A stretch of 62,788 nt of DNA, counting the filler, from Globobulimina sp. (lineage: Eukaryota): assembly GCA_003354225.1 (NCBI GenBank). It is 9 parts of 9 records of this genome, joined end to end, with 100 filler letters (N's around TTAATTAATTAA, not from the genome) between each part and the next. Parts side by side here need not be neighbours in the genome. Positions count along the whole stretch, not along the records: positions 48,971 to 55,837 come from PIVH01000226.1; positions 55,938 to 62,788 come from PIVH01000227.1; 7 more parts are not named here. One strand, 5' to 3'. A program made the translations under genes and the position numbers. Under the pieces are notes generated by a model. That model did no database searches and was not told the DNA's origin. It saw only the letters and a program-made list of their open reading frames with translations. Positions 53,568 through 62,788 of this stretch are shown here, piece by piece (the stretch's first letter is position 1; every line of letters begins with the position of its first letter).

Positions 53568-55837
53568 ATTTCATTAGCCAAAATTTTATTGCCATTTCTA
53601 GTTAATTTTATACCATTTACAAATTTTTCTACGGCATCAATTGTTTCTATAGGTGTTTTACTTTCAATTTCAGCTGCTTTCTTTACTTTATATACTTCAT
53701 GCGTTATGGCTGCTGTTAGACCTACGTATCTAATCGGCAATCCACTTGTTTGTGCTATTTTATTAATTTCTTCTGTAAGATATTTTTCTATTTCATTTAT
53801 AAGTCGAAGATATCCTGGATCGGATTCACTTCTCATATATTTACTACTACCCAATATTGGAGCAGTTAATGAAATCAACTGCACTGCATTAGGATTAATT
53901 TCATGAATATTATGGCATAATTTACTAACATCTCGTACGAGTTGTGAGCAATAATGTTTCCAATCTTCATATACTTGAGAGTTGTATACTTGATTAGCAA
54001 CAATATCTGCACAATCCATAATTCCCTTTATAATTATAACATGTTCTTTTTTATCTAACAGAGCTGGCATAATTGGCATCATAGATCTCAAACGAAGGCT
54101 CAGAAAGGCACTTCCGGATGATCTCATACCATGATAATGTATAAATTTTCTAGTTTCAAATTCATTGGTTGTAGCCAAAATAAAGTCTTCGAGTCCATAA
54201 TTGGTTGAATCTCCCATAATGGAGATTTTTAAACCATTTGGTACTTTAAATGCTTTACTTTGGTGTATAGGAGTTGGGTCCACTATCTGACCGTGCCTTT
54301 CTGCAATACAGTCCAGATAAAGTGGAATTTTTAATGGTTTGCTCTCCAGTGGTTGTTGATGGATTTTACCAGCTGGATACGCATGTACTTTACTGTCATA
54401 TGGGTTTGTTATAATTTCTGCGAATGTATCTGCATTTAATAAGTATTGTGTTGAATATTGCTGATAATAAGGGCATAAAGTTGGTAATATTCTATGAGCT
54501 TCAGCAATAGTTTCATTTCCGGACATTATTCGTTGTTGTTTAGGAAGGTCCCGGCTTCCATGGGAATCCGAACGTTCTCTATCATCTGTTGATTTTCTTT
54601 TAGGTATACTTGGAACACTTGAAACATTTTGAAGACCAAATAATGCTGCGGCAGAAAAATCCGACGATTTTTTAGGAGCATTCATAGGTTGATTATATTC
54701 CCCTTCCGATGAAGGGTCTCTAGAAATACGGAACCCCGGGGTCGGTCTATAAGGACGTCCCCCTCTTTGGTATCCTCTTCTACTTTCTGTATAATTTCTA
54801 TGTTTTTTAGGTTGTGTTTGCCATTCATTAGGATTTTTAAAACCGTCATCATCTGTTTGATGATCGCTTTCAATACCTTTTATACTACTACTTGTAGATA
54901 TTGGTCTACTCTGATCTACATCCTCATGTATAGATTCAGTAATAGATTTTGTATCTAATTCTGGTTTGTCGTGTACTTCTGTTGATGTATCCAAGTTTTC
55001 AGAACCGAATTTATCAAATATATTATCAGAAGTATCATCGGCTTCCAGTCTTTCTTTCGTAGCTTCTTTCTTCTGTTGGGATAATTTGTCAGTGTATAAT
55101 TGAAGTTCTATTTGATATTGGTGAGATTTGGGGTCTAATTTCTCACCTATAACTTTCTTAGCTTCTTTCAATTCTGATCTTGATAGGAATGAATTCCACG
55201 GTGCATCGCCCAATTTAAAATCGGATCGATGTTGTTTATCCGCGAATACAAACCTTTCTTCTCTAATTTTCTGTATGTTTCCTGTAGCGGGATATTTCTT
55301 TTCCCATTTTATATTTTGTATACATTTCATACGCACCGATTGAATGGCCTCATCTTTGGATATATCCGCGAATGACCATTTATCAACATAACTTGAAAAT
55401 TTATAATCCGTTAATTTCTTCTCTTCTTCATCTAAGTCTTTATATTTTGGGGCTAATATATTACATAAATAAGATATAGCTTTACCCAATAAATTATTAG
55501 TTGATGATATATCTTCTAATTTATATATATATATATTTACTTGATCCGTGTTGTAACCAATTCCTAAGTTTTTATTATCTATAAGGAACTTCAAGTTATA
55601 ATTTTCATTTCCAATTTTAGCACAGATCATTGCAAATGTTAAATTTCTTTTCAATACAATTTCTAGGAATTTATAATATTTATTAGAAATCCAACCATCT
55701 GTAAAAGTTTTAATATTTTCTTTATATCTAGCTATAGGGCAACGTTGTAATATATACTCAAAGTACAATTTCTTTTTAATCTTTGACAATCTACGAACCA
55801 TGTCCCAATCAAGACATTCGATCGCAGTTTGCATCAT
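53492..55837 (-). CDS. LINE ORF1 with degenerate SGNH/GDSL esterase-like domain (5' truncated)
   Basis: ISIMGDS (block I), IIIKGIMD (block III-like) and NGIKLTRNGNKILA (block V-like). Open to the contig edge. Confidence 0.75.
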   Translation of the reverse strand: MMQTAIECLDWDMVRRLSKIKKKLYFEYILQRCPIARYKENIKTFTDGWISNKYYKFLEIVLKRNLTFAMICAKIGNENYNLKFLIDNKNLGIGYNTDQVNIYIYKLEDISSTNNLLGKAISYLCNILAPKYKDLDEEEKKLTDYKFSSYVDKWSFADISKDEAIQSVRMKCIQNIKWEKKYPATGNIQKIREERFVFADKQHRSDFKLGDAPWNSFLSRSELKEAKKVIGEKLDPKSHQYQIELQLYTDKLSQQKKEATKERLEADDTSDNIFDKFGSENLDTSTEVHDKPELDTKSITESIHEDVDQSRPISTSSSIKGIESDHQTDDDGFKNPNEWQTQPKKHRNYTESRRGYQRGGRPYRPTPGFRISRDPSSEGEYNQPMNAPKKSSDFSAAALFGLQNVSSVPSIPKRKSTDDRERSDSHGSRDLPKQQRIMSGNETIAEAHRILPTLCPYYQQYSTQYLLNADTFAEIITNPYDSKVHAYPAGKIHQQPLESKPLKIPLYLDCIAERHGQIVDPTPIHQSKAFKVPNGLKISIMGDSTNYGLEDFILATTNEFETRKFIHYHGMRSSGSAFLSLRLRSMMPIMPALLDKKEHVIIIKGIMDCADIVANQVYNSQVYEDWKHYCSQLVRDVSKLCHNIHEINPNAVQLISLTAPILGSSKYMRSESDPGYLRLINEIEKYLTEEINKIAQTSGLPIRYVGLTAAITHEVYKVKKAAEIESKTPIETIDAVEKFVNGIKLTRNGNKILANEICREIIIGWIKYAGPESNLLKTGNL

Positions 55838-55960
55838 NNNNNNNNNNNNNNNNNNNNNNNNNNNNNNNNNNNNNNNNNNNNTTAATTAATTAANNNNNNN
55901 NNNNNNNNNNNNNNNNNNNNNNNNNNNNNNNNNNNNNATAATATATATATTAGTACTAAT

Positions 55961-58900
55961 ATGCGTATCTCTTATCGGGAACACTACTGTATTGTCAATA
56001 TTCAAATCAAACAATCGCAATTCCAGCGGGAATCGGTGCCGGCGAATAAACAAAAAACGTATCATGTAAATGATAGTATTGATTTACGAAAACGAAACGT
56101 TATCGCCGCGTCTTTTGCAGAGGAAGTGACGTTCCCAGGAGCCGAACCTGAATGGAATAAACCTGCATTGAACGTAAATATACCTGCATTTAGAAAGAAG
56201 AAATTATTTTATTATGCGCCAGATTGGAATGATGTGTTCCCTGAACACAAAGCTGAGGCGATCCCAACCGTCAAACCAGCGATTCCTCCCTCTCCACCAA
56301 ATGTATATACCAGAGGCGATACCACATTGCCTGCCGTCATTGAGAATAATAAAGAGTCCCTTCGACTCTCTCAATACCCATCTCCAAAGCGTTCAAATCA
56401 TAGTAAATACGTTAGAAAAAGAAGAAATAAACGAAATAATAATAAGCAACCAACCCAGAAATCTGACATACTCGCGGACCAATTACGTAATATAAAAAAG
56501 ACGGGAGCCTTTGTAAAATACGAGATTAGAAACAAAGAACTATGGGACTGCCGCTTCGATAAAATTGATATAAAAACTGCAGCCGTTGACTTAATGGAAT
56601 ATAAAGATGTATGGTTGGCGGAGAATGAATGTGATATTAGCAATGTACGAGTAACTGCAAATTCATTAAATATATATTCCCCGGTAAGTAAATTCATGGA
56701 TTTGATTAATGGCAAACATCCGGATTATGCGCAAGCCATTGGTATAATTTACAAATTCGCAAATACAAATCACCCCATTCATCGATTAGTAATCCATCAT
56801 TTGGTGCCTTCAACGATTATTATTGACAATAAAATGATGCTACATTTGGATCCAATTAGTTGCTCCAGAACAGAATCGATATTAATGGACTTAAACTGGA
56901 ACGTTCCATATCCAAAATGGCAATATAATGATATTGAAATAACATACATCAAAAAACAATTAGATTGGCGACCGACAAACATGTGCTTATTCAATATACC
57001 ATTAAGTATATTAAATAATAACTCATTACATCGAATATTAAATGAAAAAATAACCGCTGCAATAAACTCGACGTGCATCCTGTATACAATTATTAGTGCG
57101 ATGGAGAATGACTATGATGTGGAAAAAATAAATTTTATGCCATTGTTATTAGCATTAATTAGACCGCATGCGATTAAATTAGAGAGAATTGAGAAAGCCA
57201 AATTGGAATTAAATAAACTTAGATCGAAGCCGGTGCCAATGGACGAAGACACGAATGAAAATAATGCGGATAATAGTGATGACTCAGTAAATCAAGATCT
57301 GTGGTATGATAATTTAATCAATAACATCAATTCGGAATATTTAAATATTATCAAATTGATGGAAAAACACGCGGTATCGCCCGATGACGTAATAAATAGA
57401 AATAAAGTCCGAAATCGACGATGGTGTAGAAATACATTATACCATATGAGTAATGCAACGGGCAGCAATTTCGCATTGCCGTGGTGGATAAACGTGGCGA
57501 GTTGGGAGCGAATGATACATTTTGTAGCGGCGAGAAATTGCATACAAAATATTGACAAACCATTCAGATCGGACTTATTATTCGAAGAAAAGAAAGTATT
57601 TATCACACCGCTAACCACCATCGGAATAAACCCAATGCTATTAATTGGTGATGAAACATTGGGATTTCCCGCAATCGAATTTAGATTTGGCACTCTCACC
57701 AAATTAATGTGCTTATTACGCAGCAATATGTATTATGATTTTATTGCGTTCGCCAAAACGTGTGCCTGCGGCAAAAAATTTGTGCCCCATCCAAAGTGTC
57801 CAGAGCAAGAACATTATATTAAAAAGCAAACAAATAAAATAAAACAGAAATATAAAAAAGGATTAATATCAAAAAAAGCAATGGAAAGACAGATCAGCAA
57901 AATCGTATCAATTAAATGTATTCGTTGTGGATTTTGGGGCCATTTCGGACATGAATGCGAAAATAAAGACGAAGACGTCCGATGTTTATGCTGCTATCAA
58001 TCCAGACATATCCGGACATTAAATGCAATGATATGCAGTGATACTGCCAATTTAATTGATTTATTCACAAATTTGAATGACCTGATTACGAATTGGGAAG
58101 ATGTGGATTTTACCAATGTGGACCATTATAAATTGATGCGGTGCACAGTAAATGAAAAATTAAAGATTGAGGATTTATACAAAGTTATTGATACAAACAC
58201 AGCCAATCGGCAAACCTTATTAAACTCCGCGATATCCGAAGATGTCAAACAAAATAGAAATTATATGGATGCGGCGCAGAATAATAATGAATTACGAGCT
58301 GTTGATGCCATTGTAAACAATAATAATAATCCAATAAATCCAATCCAAACCAACACCATATTACCAACCAACTCGTTGCAAACCGTCGAAGAACAATTGT
58401 TAAATCATGGATTGGTGGACGAAGACTTCGATACCGCTCCCCCTCAAACAATCGAGTTTAATGAATCAAAAAGTATTATATTGGTTGATAATAATACGCC
58501 GAACCAATCAGAATCAGTGAACCAATCAAGAATTGAATTAGAAAACAACCCATATATCTCCCCATCGCTTATCCCTATGTTAACCGATACTGCCATGCTC
58601 CACTCCCTCCAAAATGATGAATTTACCGACAGTTTCTCAAATTTATTATCCAATAACCACCAATCACAAAATAACAACTCTCAATCACCAACCCATGTGA
58701 TTTATGAATTTAATGATGATCCAGAAACAAATACCATTGAACCTAGTAATCGGCCCAGAAAACCCCAACCAAAGAATCAACTCCATTCGGTATCAATTGC
58801 CCCAAATATACCAAAATATAAAGACCGAAATACCAATGACTCGTTCCAGGTAAATATGCTTAGAGATAAGATCAAGAAAACAAAAAAAGATAACAATAAC

Positions 58901-59002
58901 AATAACAAGTTACCTTTCAAGAATTTGAGGAAAAAAGCAAAATCAGCCAATGTAAACAAACGTAAACAACAAAAGTCCGATATGAGAAAAGATACAAAAT
59001 GA
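55961..59002 (+). CDS. LINE ORF1, gag-like with zinc knuckles
   Basis: CIRCGFWGHFGHEC (CX2CX4HX4C), CLCCYQSRH...C, upstream CACG...HPKC and a basic C-terminus. Confidence 0.85.
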   Translation: MRISYREHYCIVNIQIKQSQFQRESVPANKQKTYHVNDSIDLRKRNVIAASFAEEVTFPGAEPEWNKPALNVNIPAFRKKKLFYYAPDWNDVFPEHKAEAIPTVKPAIPPSPPNVYTRGDTTLPAVIENNKESLRLSQYPSPKRSNHSKYVRKRRNKRNNNKQPTQKSDILADQLRNIKKTGAFVKYEIRNKELWDCRFDKIDIKTAAVDLMEYKDVWLAENECDISNVRVTANSLNIYSPVSKFMDLINGKHPDYAQAIGIIYKFANTNHPIHRLVIHHLVPSTIIIDNKMMLHLDPISCSRTESILMDLNWNVPYPKWQYNDIEITYIKKQLDWRPTNMCLFNIPLSILNNNSLHRILNEKITAAINSTCILYTIISAMENDYDVEKINFMPLLLALIRPHAIKLERIEKAKLELNKLRSKPVPMDEDTNENNADNSDDSVNQDLWYDNLINNINSEYLNIIKLMEKHAVSPDDVINRNKVRNRRWCRNTLYHMSNATGSNFALPWWINVASWERMIHFVAARNCIQNIDKPFRSDLLFEEKKVFITPLTTIGINPMLLIGDETLGFPAIEFRFGTLTKLMCLLRSNMYYDFIAFAKTCACGKKFVPHPKCPEQEHYIKKQTNKIKQKYKKGLISKKAMERQISKIVSIKCIRCGFWGHFGHECENKDEDVRCLCCYQSRHIRTLNAMICSDTANLIDLFTNLNDLITNWEDVDFTNVDHYKLMRCTVNEKLKIEDLYKVIDTNTANRQTLLNSAISEDVKQNRNYMDAAQNNNELRAVDAIVNNNNNPINPIQTNTILPTNSLQTVEEQLLNHGLVDEDFDTAPPQTIEFNESKSIILVDNNTPNQSESVNQSRIELENNPYISPSLIPMLTDTAMLHSLQNDEFTDSFSNLLSNNHQSQNNNSQSPTHVIYEFNDDPETNTIEPSNRPRKPQPKNQLHSVSIAPNIPKYKDRNTNDSFQVNMLRDKIKKTKKDNNNNNKLPFKNLRKKAKSANVNKRKQQKSDMRKDTK

Positions 59003-59436
59003 TTAGAACGTCAGTTTTAACGCTCGCACAAGTCATCCTATGTAATATATATTATTTTAATTTAGTTATACAAATTGCAAACATACAAATTTTATTCCTT
59101 TGTTATTATTCTCTATTTCCTTATTATCCATGCTTTATACGCTTCGTTTTCCTTTTTGTAATTGATATTAAAAAAGACAGAGACTATTCTATTCTCTCGG
59201 ATTCGCACTTTGGGAGTTTATCCCATTGCGATCTGATACAATTTATAGAATGCTCTACTTTAAATCAATTAGTTTCCTTTTTAAATGGTAATATAAATTT
59301 GTTGCTACGGCAACCTCATTTAATTCAATTACACCAAATTTCTCTTTGCGGCGTGAAAAAAACCCTCGAAGTGACCTACAAACTGCACACAAACTTTACC
59401 CAGAAACGCTTACATTATAAATTAAAAGATGGTTAA
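58999..59436 (+). CDS. Putative intervening hydrophobic ORF between ORF1 and ORF2
   Basis: ATG overlaps the ORF1 stop (ATGA). Its stop lies just past the ORF2 ATG (8-nt overlap). 145 codons open in AT-rich DNA. Confidence 0.5.
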   Translation: MIRTSVLTLAQVILCNIYYFNLVIQIANIQILFLCYYSLFPYYPCFIRFVFLFVIDIKKDRDYSILSDSHFGSLSHCDLIQFIECSTLNQLVSFLNGNINLLLRQPHLIQLHQISLCGVKKTLEVTYKLHTNFTQKRLHYKLKDG

Positions 59437-62400
59437 ATATAACGTATTACAATACAATGTAAATGGGATCATAAGTCCCACAAAAATGTCGCAAGAACAA
59501 AAATGCAGGAAAATCCACCAAATAATGATATCAAAACAAATTGACTTTGCCCTCCTTCAGGAATGGAGTGCAACCCTTCGCCATGCAGTGACACCAACAA
59601 ATCCAAAATATACTGATTCAAATAATAAAACTCATTCCATAAAATTCCCAATCGAATATTTCCCCAAATATAAAGTCCATTATTCGGGAACAGAAACAGC
59701 TGTGCTGTATAGGGAAACTTTATTAGTAACTCCGATAAAATCCCCCCAAAACTATGACCATGCAAACCGTACCATGAATTGCCACATAACCACTGTTATC
59801 CTACATAGTGGTGATCAAAATATAGGCATCCATTCACTGTATAACTGCCCTAGAAACCCCAATATCGACCAACTTTTCAACTATCCTTTGACTGTTGATA
59901 ATAATGTCATTGCCGGGGATTTCAATATACCAAATGTTGTATGGGGCAGTAATAGATCGACTGCAGAATCAGATAACTTTGTCGATGGGATTGAATTCCT
60001 AAATATGCAAATTCTCAATGTAACAAATCCATCCTACACACACATCCATAAATCATTCCAAACGAAATCCTCCATCGATCTAACATTAATTTCCGATAAA
60101 TTAAAATACACCAAATGGAATATCCTCCACTCACTATATGACCCAAACTGTTCGGACCACGTTCCCATTGCCTCCGCCTTTGAAATTGAAAACGTCTTTG
60201 GCTTCAGTGAGACAAAAAAAACCTGGAACCTGGCGGACAAAAGTAAATGGCATAAATACACAGAAATGCTTGACACCAACATAAAAGACACAAAATTTGA
60301 TAAGAATCCGAATATATATACGGAACAACTCACTTATCTCATAATCTATACTGCCGAACAAACCATAGGATATAAGCATTATTACCGTGGCCACAAACCA
60401 TGGTGGAATAACAAAATAAGGAAACTGAAAAAACGTTGCAAACGCCTACGCCGTCGAATTCAGCGAATGAAGAAGAAAGCAAAACGTTATTGTACGGATT
60501 TCCATATCTTTCCAAAATATAAGCGATTGAAAAATGATTTAAATATCCTACAATCAAAGAAATACAAAACTATCCAAATAGCAAAAAATGCCCACTATAA
60601 CAGATTGAATCAATATATACAAACATGTAAAGACTATGGCCGCCGTTTCTGGCGTACCATATCAAATAATAAATCAAACAGTATAAATACAAACAATATC
60701 CCTCCATTAAATTATAAAAATAAAACAAATATTGTGGACCCTAAACAGCAGGCAAAGGCGCTCCAGGAAGCAATGACTCGACCGCCTAAACCAAAAGCAA
60801 GTAATAACCACAATGAATGGCACAAATATATAAACAAATATGTCCCAGAATATCTACGGAACCATAAAAATCCATCGATAAATGATATAAATGATATACA
60901 TGATATAAAACATGATAAAATTGCCCAAAATAATGATTCTAAAATTCACAGTCCATCCCAGATAAACACTGAAATTCCAATTCCTAATAATAATTATCAG
61001 ATATTAAATGACACAATATTAAAATATGAAATCCGTACTGTCATAAAAAATCTGGACACCCACAAAGCATACGGACCAGATCGAATACATAATCAAATGA
61101 TCAAACATGGTGGAGAGACGTTGATTGAATGCCTTCAACCACTTTTCAATAAATGCATGACTGAAGGGATCTTCCCGGGATACTGGAACTTTTCACATAT
61201 ACTACCAATTCCAAAGCCTAATAAGGACCATAGTGATCCCAAAAACTACAGACCCATTGCGGTCTCTTCGTGTCTAGGAAGAGTTTTTGAAAAAGTCCTA
61301 GCAAACAGACTTCAACATTTTTGTGTGACAAACAAAATATTTAATAACTATCAATGTGGATTTCAGATCAATCGATGTTGTGATGATGTACTTACAACCT
61401 TTATCACTGATATACAAACTTCATTTGATATGGTCAGCGATACGGATGTTGTTTTCACAGATTTCTCAAAAGCTTATGATAGTGTCTGGCACAACGGATT
61501 GCTGTATAAACTAATTAAAAATAATATAAATGGAAATATATTCAATGTTTTGGCTTCATTTATCCAGACCAGATATACAAAGGTGATTGCTAAAAAGGCA
61601 GAGTCAAATTGGGTCGCTCAGCCGATTGGTGTCCCGCAAGGGTCTGCGCTGTCCCCTATCCTATATATACTGTTTACAAATGATTTTGCTTTAAAATATC
61701 CAAACTTTGTCCATTTTGCCAGTTTTGCAGATGATACTGCTTTCTGGACCAGTCCGGGCACAAAGGACCCTCTGCGATACAAATTCCTCCAAAAGGAACT
61801 AAATAATTTTGGTGATTGGTGTGAAAAGTGGCAATTAATGATAAACCCATCGAAATGCCTATCCATGAACTTTTCGCATAGTAATCCTATCAAATTCCAT
61901 CCAAAATATACTGAAAACATTGACCCGATAACAAATAAAAAATCCCAAATTAGTAAGTATACCATAAACTCCATCCCTTTGAAATATGAAAAAACGGCAA
62001 GATATCTCGGCCTTTGGTTTGATGAAAGACTAAATTTTAATGCCCATTTTGCTAAAATTAAAGCTAAATCCATGCGTAGTTACTGGCGGTTATTCTTTAC
62101 CATCAAATCAGGCGTAAAACTGTCCCCGTTATCCATTGCAATCTTATATAAATCATTGGCACGATCCAGAATTGAGTTTGGTTTGACACATTATTTTCCG
62201 TATAATTCCAATAACTTACTCCAAATAATCCAAAATAAATTCCTCCGACTTGCAATTCCATGCAGACTGGACTCGCCAATGGATATCCTCCGATTCTGTC
62301 TAAAAATTGAACCGATCTCAAATAGAGCACATTACCTAACAATGAGGCAATTGGCCAGAGCCTATTACAACGACAATTACCATCCATTAAATAAAACCTA

Positions 62401-62788
62401 TTCAGCATTAACCAAATATGTACAAACCATAAAATCGCACAGATATCGAAGGAAAAATAAAAACAAATCGAACCAATTTGTGAACCTCAACAAAAATCCC
62501 CTAATAATTGCCATGAATTACTGCCGACATAATAATGACATAAAAGTACTTACACAAAACCAAAATAAAATGAATAAATCACAGATAACTTCCTCACCAG
62601 CATATAACCTAAAAATATTACCAACGAATTTTGACACAAACCTAATGCCAACCAAACCGACAACGCCCTCTGATTCAAAGATTACCATAGCATTCACCGA
62701 TGGTTCCTGCGACCCAAACCCTGGAAAAGGTGGCGCTGCGATCTATATTCCGCCCCAACCATCTCATATCTCACCATATAAAGAAGTG
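59429..62788 (+). CDS. LINE ORF2: AP endonuclease + RT + start of RNase H (missing from the ORF track; runs off the window)
   Basis: Manual translation from ATG 59429: LQYNVNG, LLQE, AGDFN, IDLT, SDH; NYRPI, DFSKAYD, GVPQGSALSP, FADD (61724, same frame), YLG; AFTDGSCDPNPGKGG (62690, same frame). Confidence 0.93.
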   Translation, partial: MVKYNVLQYNVNGIISPTKMSQEQKCRKIHQIMISKQIDFALLQEWSATLRHAVTPTNPKYTDSNNKTHSIKFPIEYFPKYKVHYSGTETAVLYRETLLVTPIKSPQNYDHANRTMNCHITTVILHSGDQNIGIHSLYNCPRNPNIDQLFNYPLTVDNNVIAGDFNIPNVVWGSNRSTAESDNFVDGIEFLNMQILNVTNPSYTHIHKSFQTKSSIDLTLISDKLKYTKWNILHSLYDPNCSDHVPIASAFEIENVFGFSETKKTWNLADKSKWHKYTEMLDTNIKDTKFDKNPNIYTEQLTYLIIYTAEQTIGYKHYYRGHKPWWNNKIRKLKKRCKRLRRRIQRMKKKAKRYCTDFHIFPKYKRLKNDLNILQSKKYKTIQIAKNAHYNRLNQYIQTCKDYGRRFWRTISNNKSNSINTNNIPPLNYKNKTNIVDPKQQAKALQEAMTRPPKPKASNNHNEWHKYINKYVPEYLRNHKNPSINDINDIHDIKHDKIAQNNDSKIHSPSQINTEIPIPNNNYQILNDTILKYEIRTVIKNLDTHKAYGPDRIHNQMIKHGGETLIECLQPLFNKCMTEGIFPGYWNFSHILPIPKPNKDHSDPKNYRPIAVSSCLGRVFEKVLANRLQHFCVTNKIFNNYQCGFQINRCCDDVLTTFITDIQTSFDMVSDTDVVFTDFSKAYDSVWHNGLLYKLIKNNINGNIFNVLASFIQTRYTKVIAKKAESNWVAQPIGVPQGSALSPILYILFTNDFALKYPNFVHFASFADDTAFWTSPGTKDPLRYKFLQKELNNFGDWCEKWQLMINPSKCLSMNFSHSNPIKFHPKYTENIDPITNKKSQISKYTINSIPLKYEKTARYLGLWFDERLNFNAHFAKIKAKSMRSYWRLFFTIKSGVKLSPLSIAILYKSLARSRIEFGLTHYFPYNSNNLLQIIQNKFLRLAIPCRLDSPMDILRFCLKIEPISNRAHYLTMRQLARAYYNDNYHPLNKTYSALTKYVQTIKSHRYRRKNKNKSNQFVNLNKNPLIIAMNYCRHNNDIKVLTQNQNKMNKSQITSSPAYNLKILPTNFDTNLMPTKPTTPSDSKITIAFTDGSCDPNPGKGGAAIYIPPQPSHISPYKEV

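Larger units (their letters stand above)
49750..55837 (-). mobile_element. Non-LTR retrotransposon (RTEX/CR1-like layout); 5' end off contig, 3' boundary approximate
   Basis: ORF1 with SGNH-like domain overlapping an uninterrupted APE-RT-CCHC ORF2. Confidence 0.92.
55938..62788 (+). mobile_element. Non-LTR retrotransposon with RNase H (I-group-like), 3' end beyond the window
   Basis: ORF1 with CCHC knuckles, an intervening ORF, and an APE-RT-RNaseH ORF2. Confidence 0.93.

Noticed and set aside
6903-55937. Regularly spaced TTAATTAATTAA palindromes
   Set aside because: Each sits in the centre of identical N runs. They are assembly linkers with stops in all frames, not biology; ORFs ending in X runs are truncated by them.
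48971-62788. Two retrotransposons forming a head-to-head composite element
   Set aside because: They lie on separate contigs joined by the linker at 55838-55937.

Overview
This window is not one locus. It is nine contigs of about 6.9 kb, ordered by decreasing length and joined by artificial N44-TTAATTAATTAA-N44 linkers: 1-6902, 7003-13904, 14005-20906, 21007-27903, 28004-34894, 34995-41884, 41985-48870, 48971-55837 and 55938-62788. Six contigs come from a very AT-rich, gene-dense microbial eukaryote with the standard genetic code and short 49-69 nt GT-AG introns. The gene families are reminiscent of Foraminifera/Rhizaria, but that assignment is only inference. They carry PAP2, a bacterial-type CapA, Nas2/PSMD9, alkaline ceramidase, UBL-PARP, UFL1-like, EFR3-like, ankyrin and NEURL4-type ART, GILT, Serinc, RPA14-like, two SET genes, TM-RGS, TMEM151, peroxiredoxin, CWC15, M14 carboxypeptidase, an ARF-like GTPase and a membrane-anchored kinase-like protein. 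One contig is a tailed-phage packaging/head module (TerS, TerL, portal, gpF-like). The last two contigs are different non-LTR retrotransposons. The most notable observations are: (1) a LINE whose ORF1/ORF2 overlap holds two in-frame -1 slippery heptamers; (2) a LINE with an extra hydrophobic ORF coupled between ORF1 and an APE-RT-RNaseH ORF2 that the ORF track missed; (3) a short helical module shared between a SPRY-like protein and an insertion inside an ARF GTPase; (4) very tight divergent gene pairs with a recurrent AGTTT motif; (5) a same-strand SET/SET/RPA14/pseudo-tRNA cluster. All calls come from motif recognition by eye; no searches were run.
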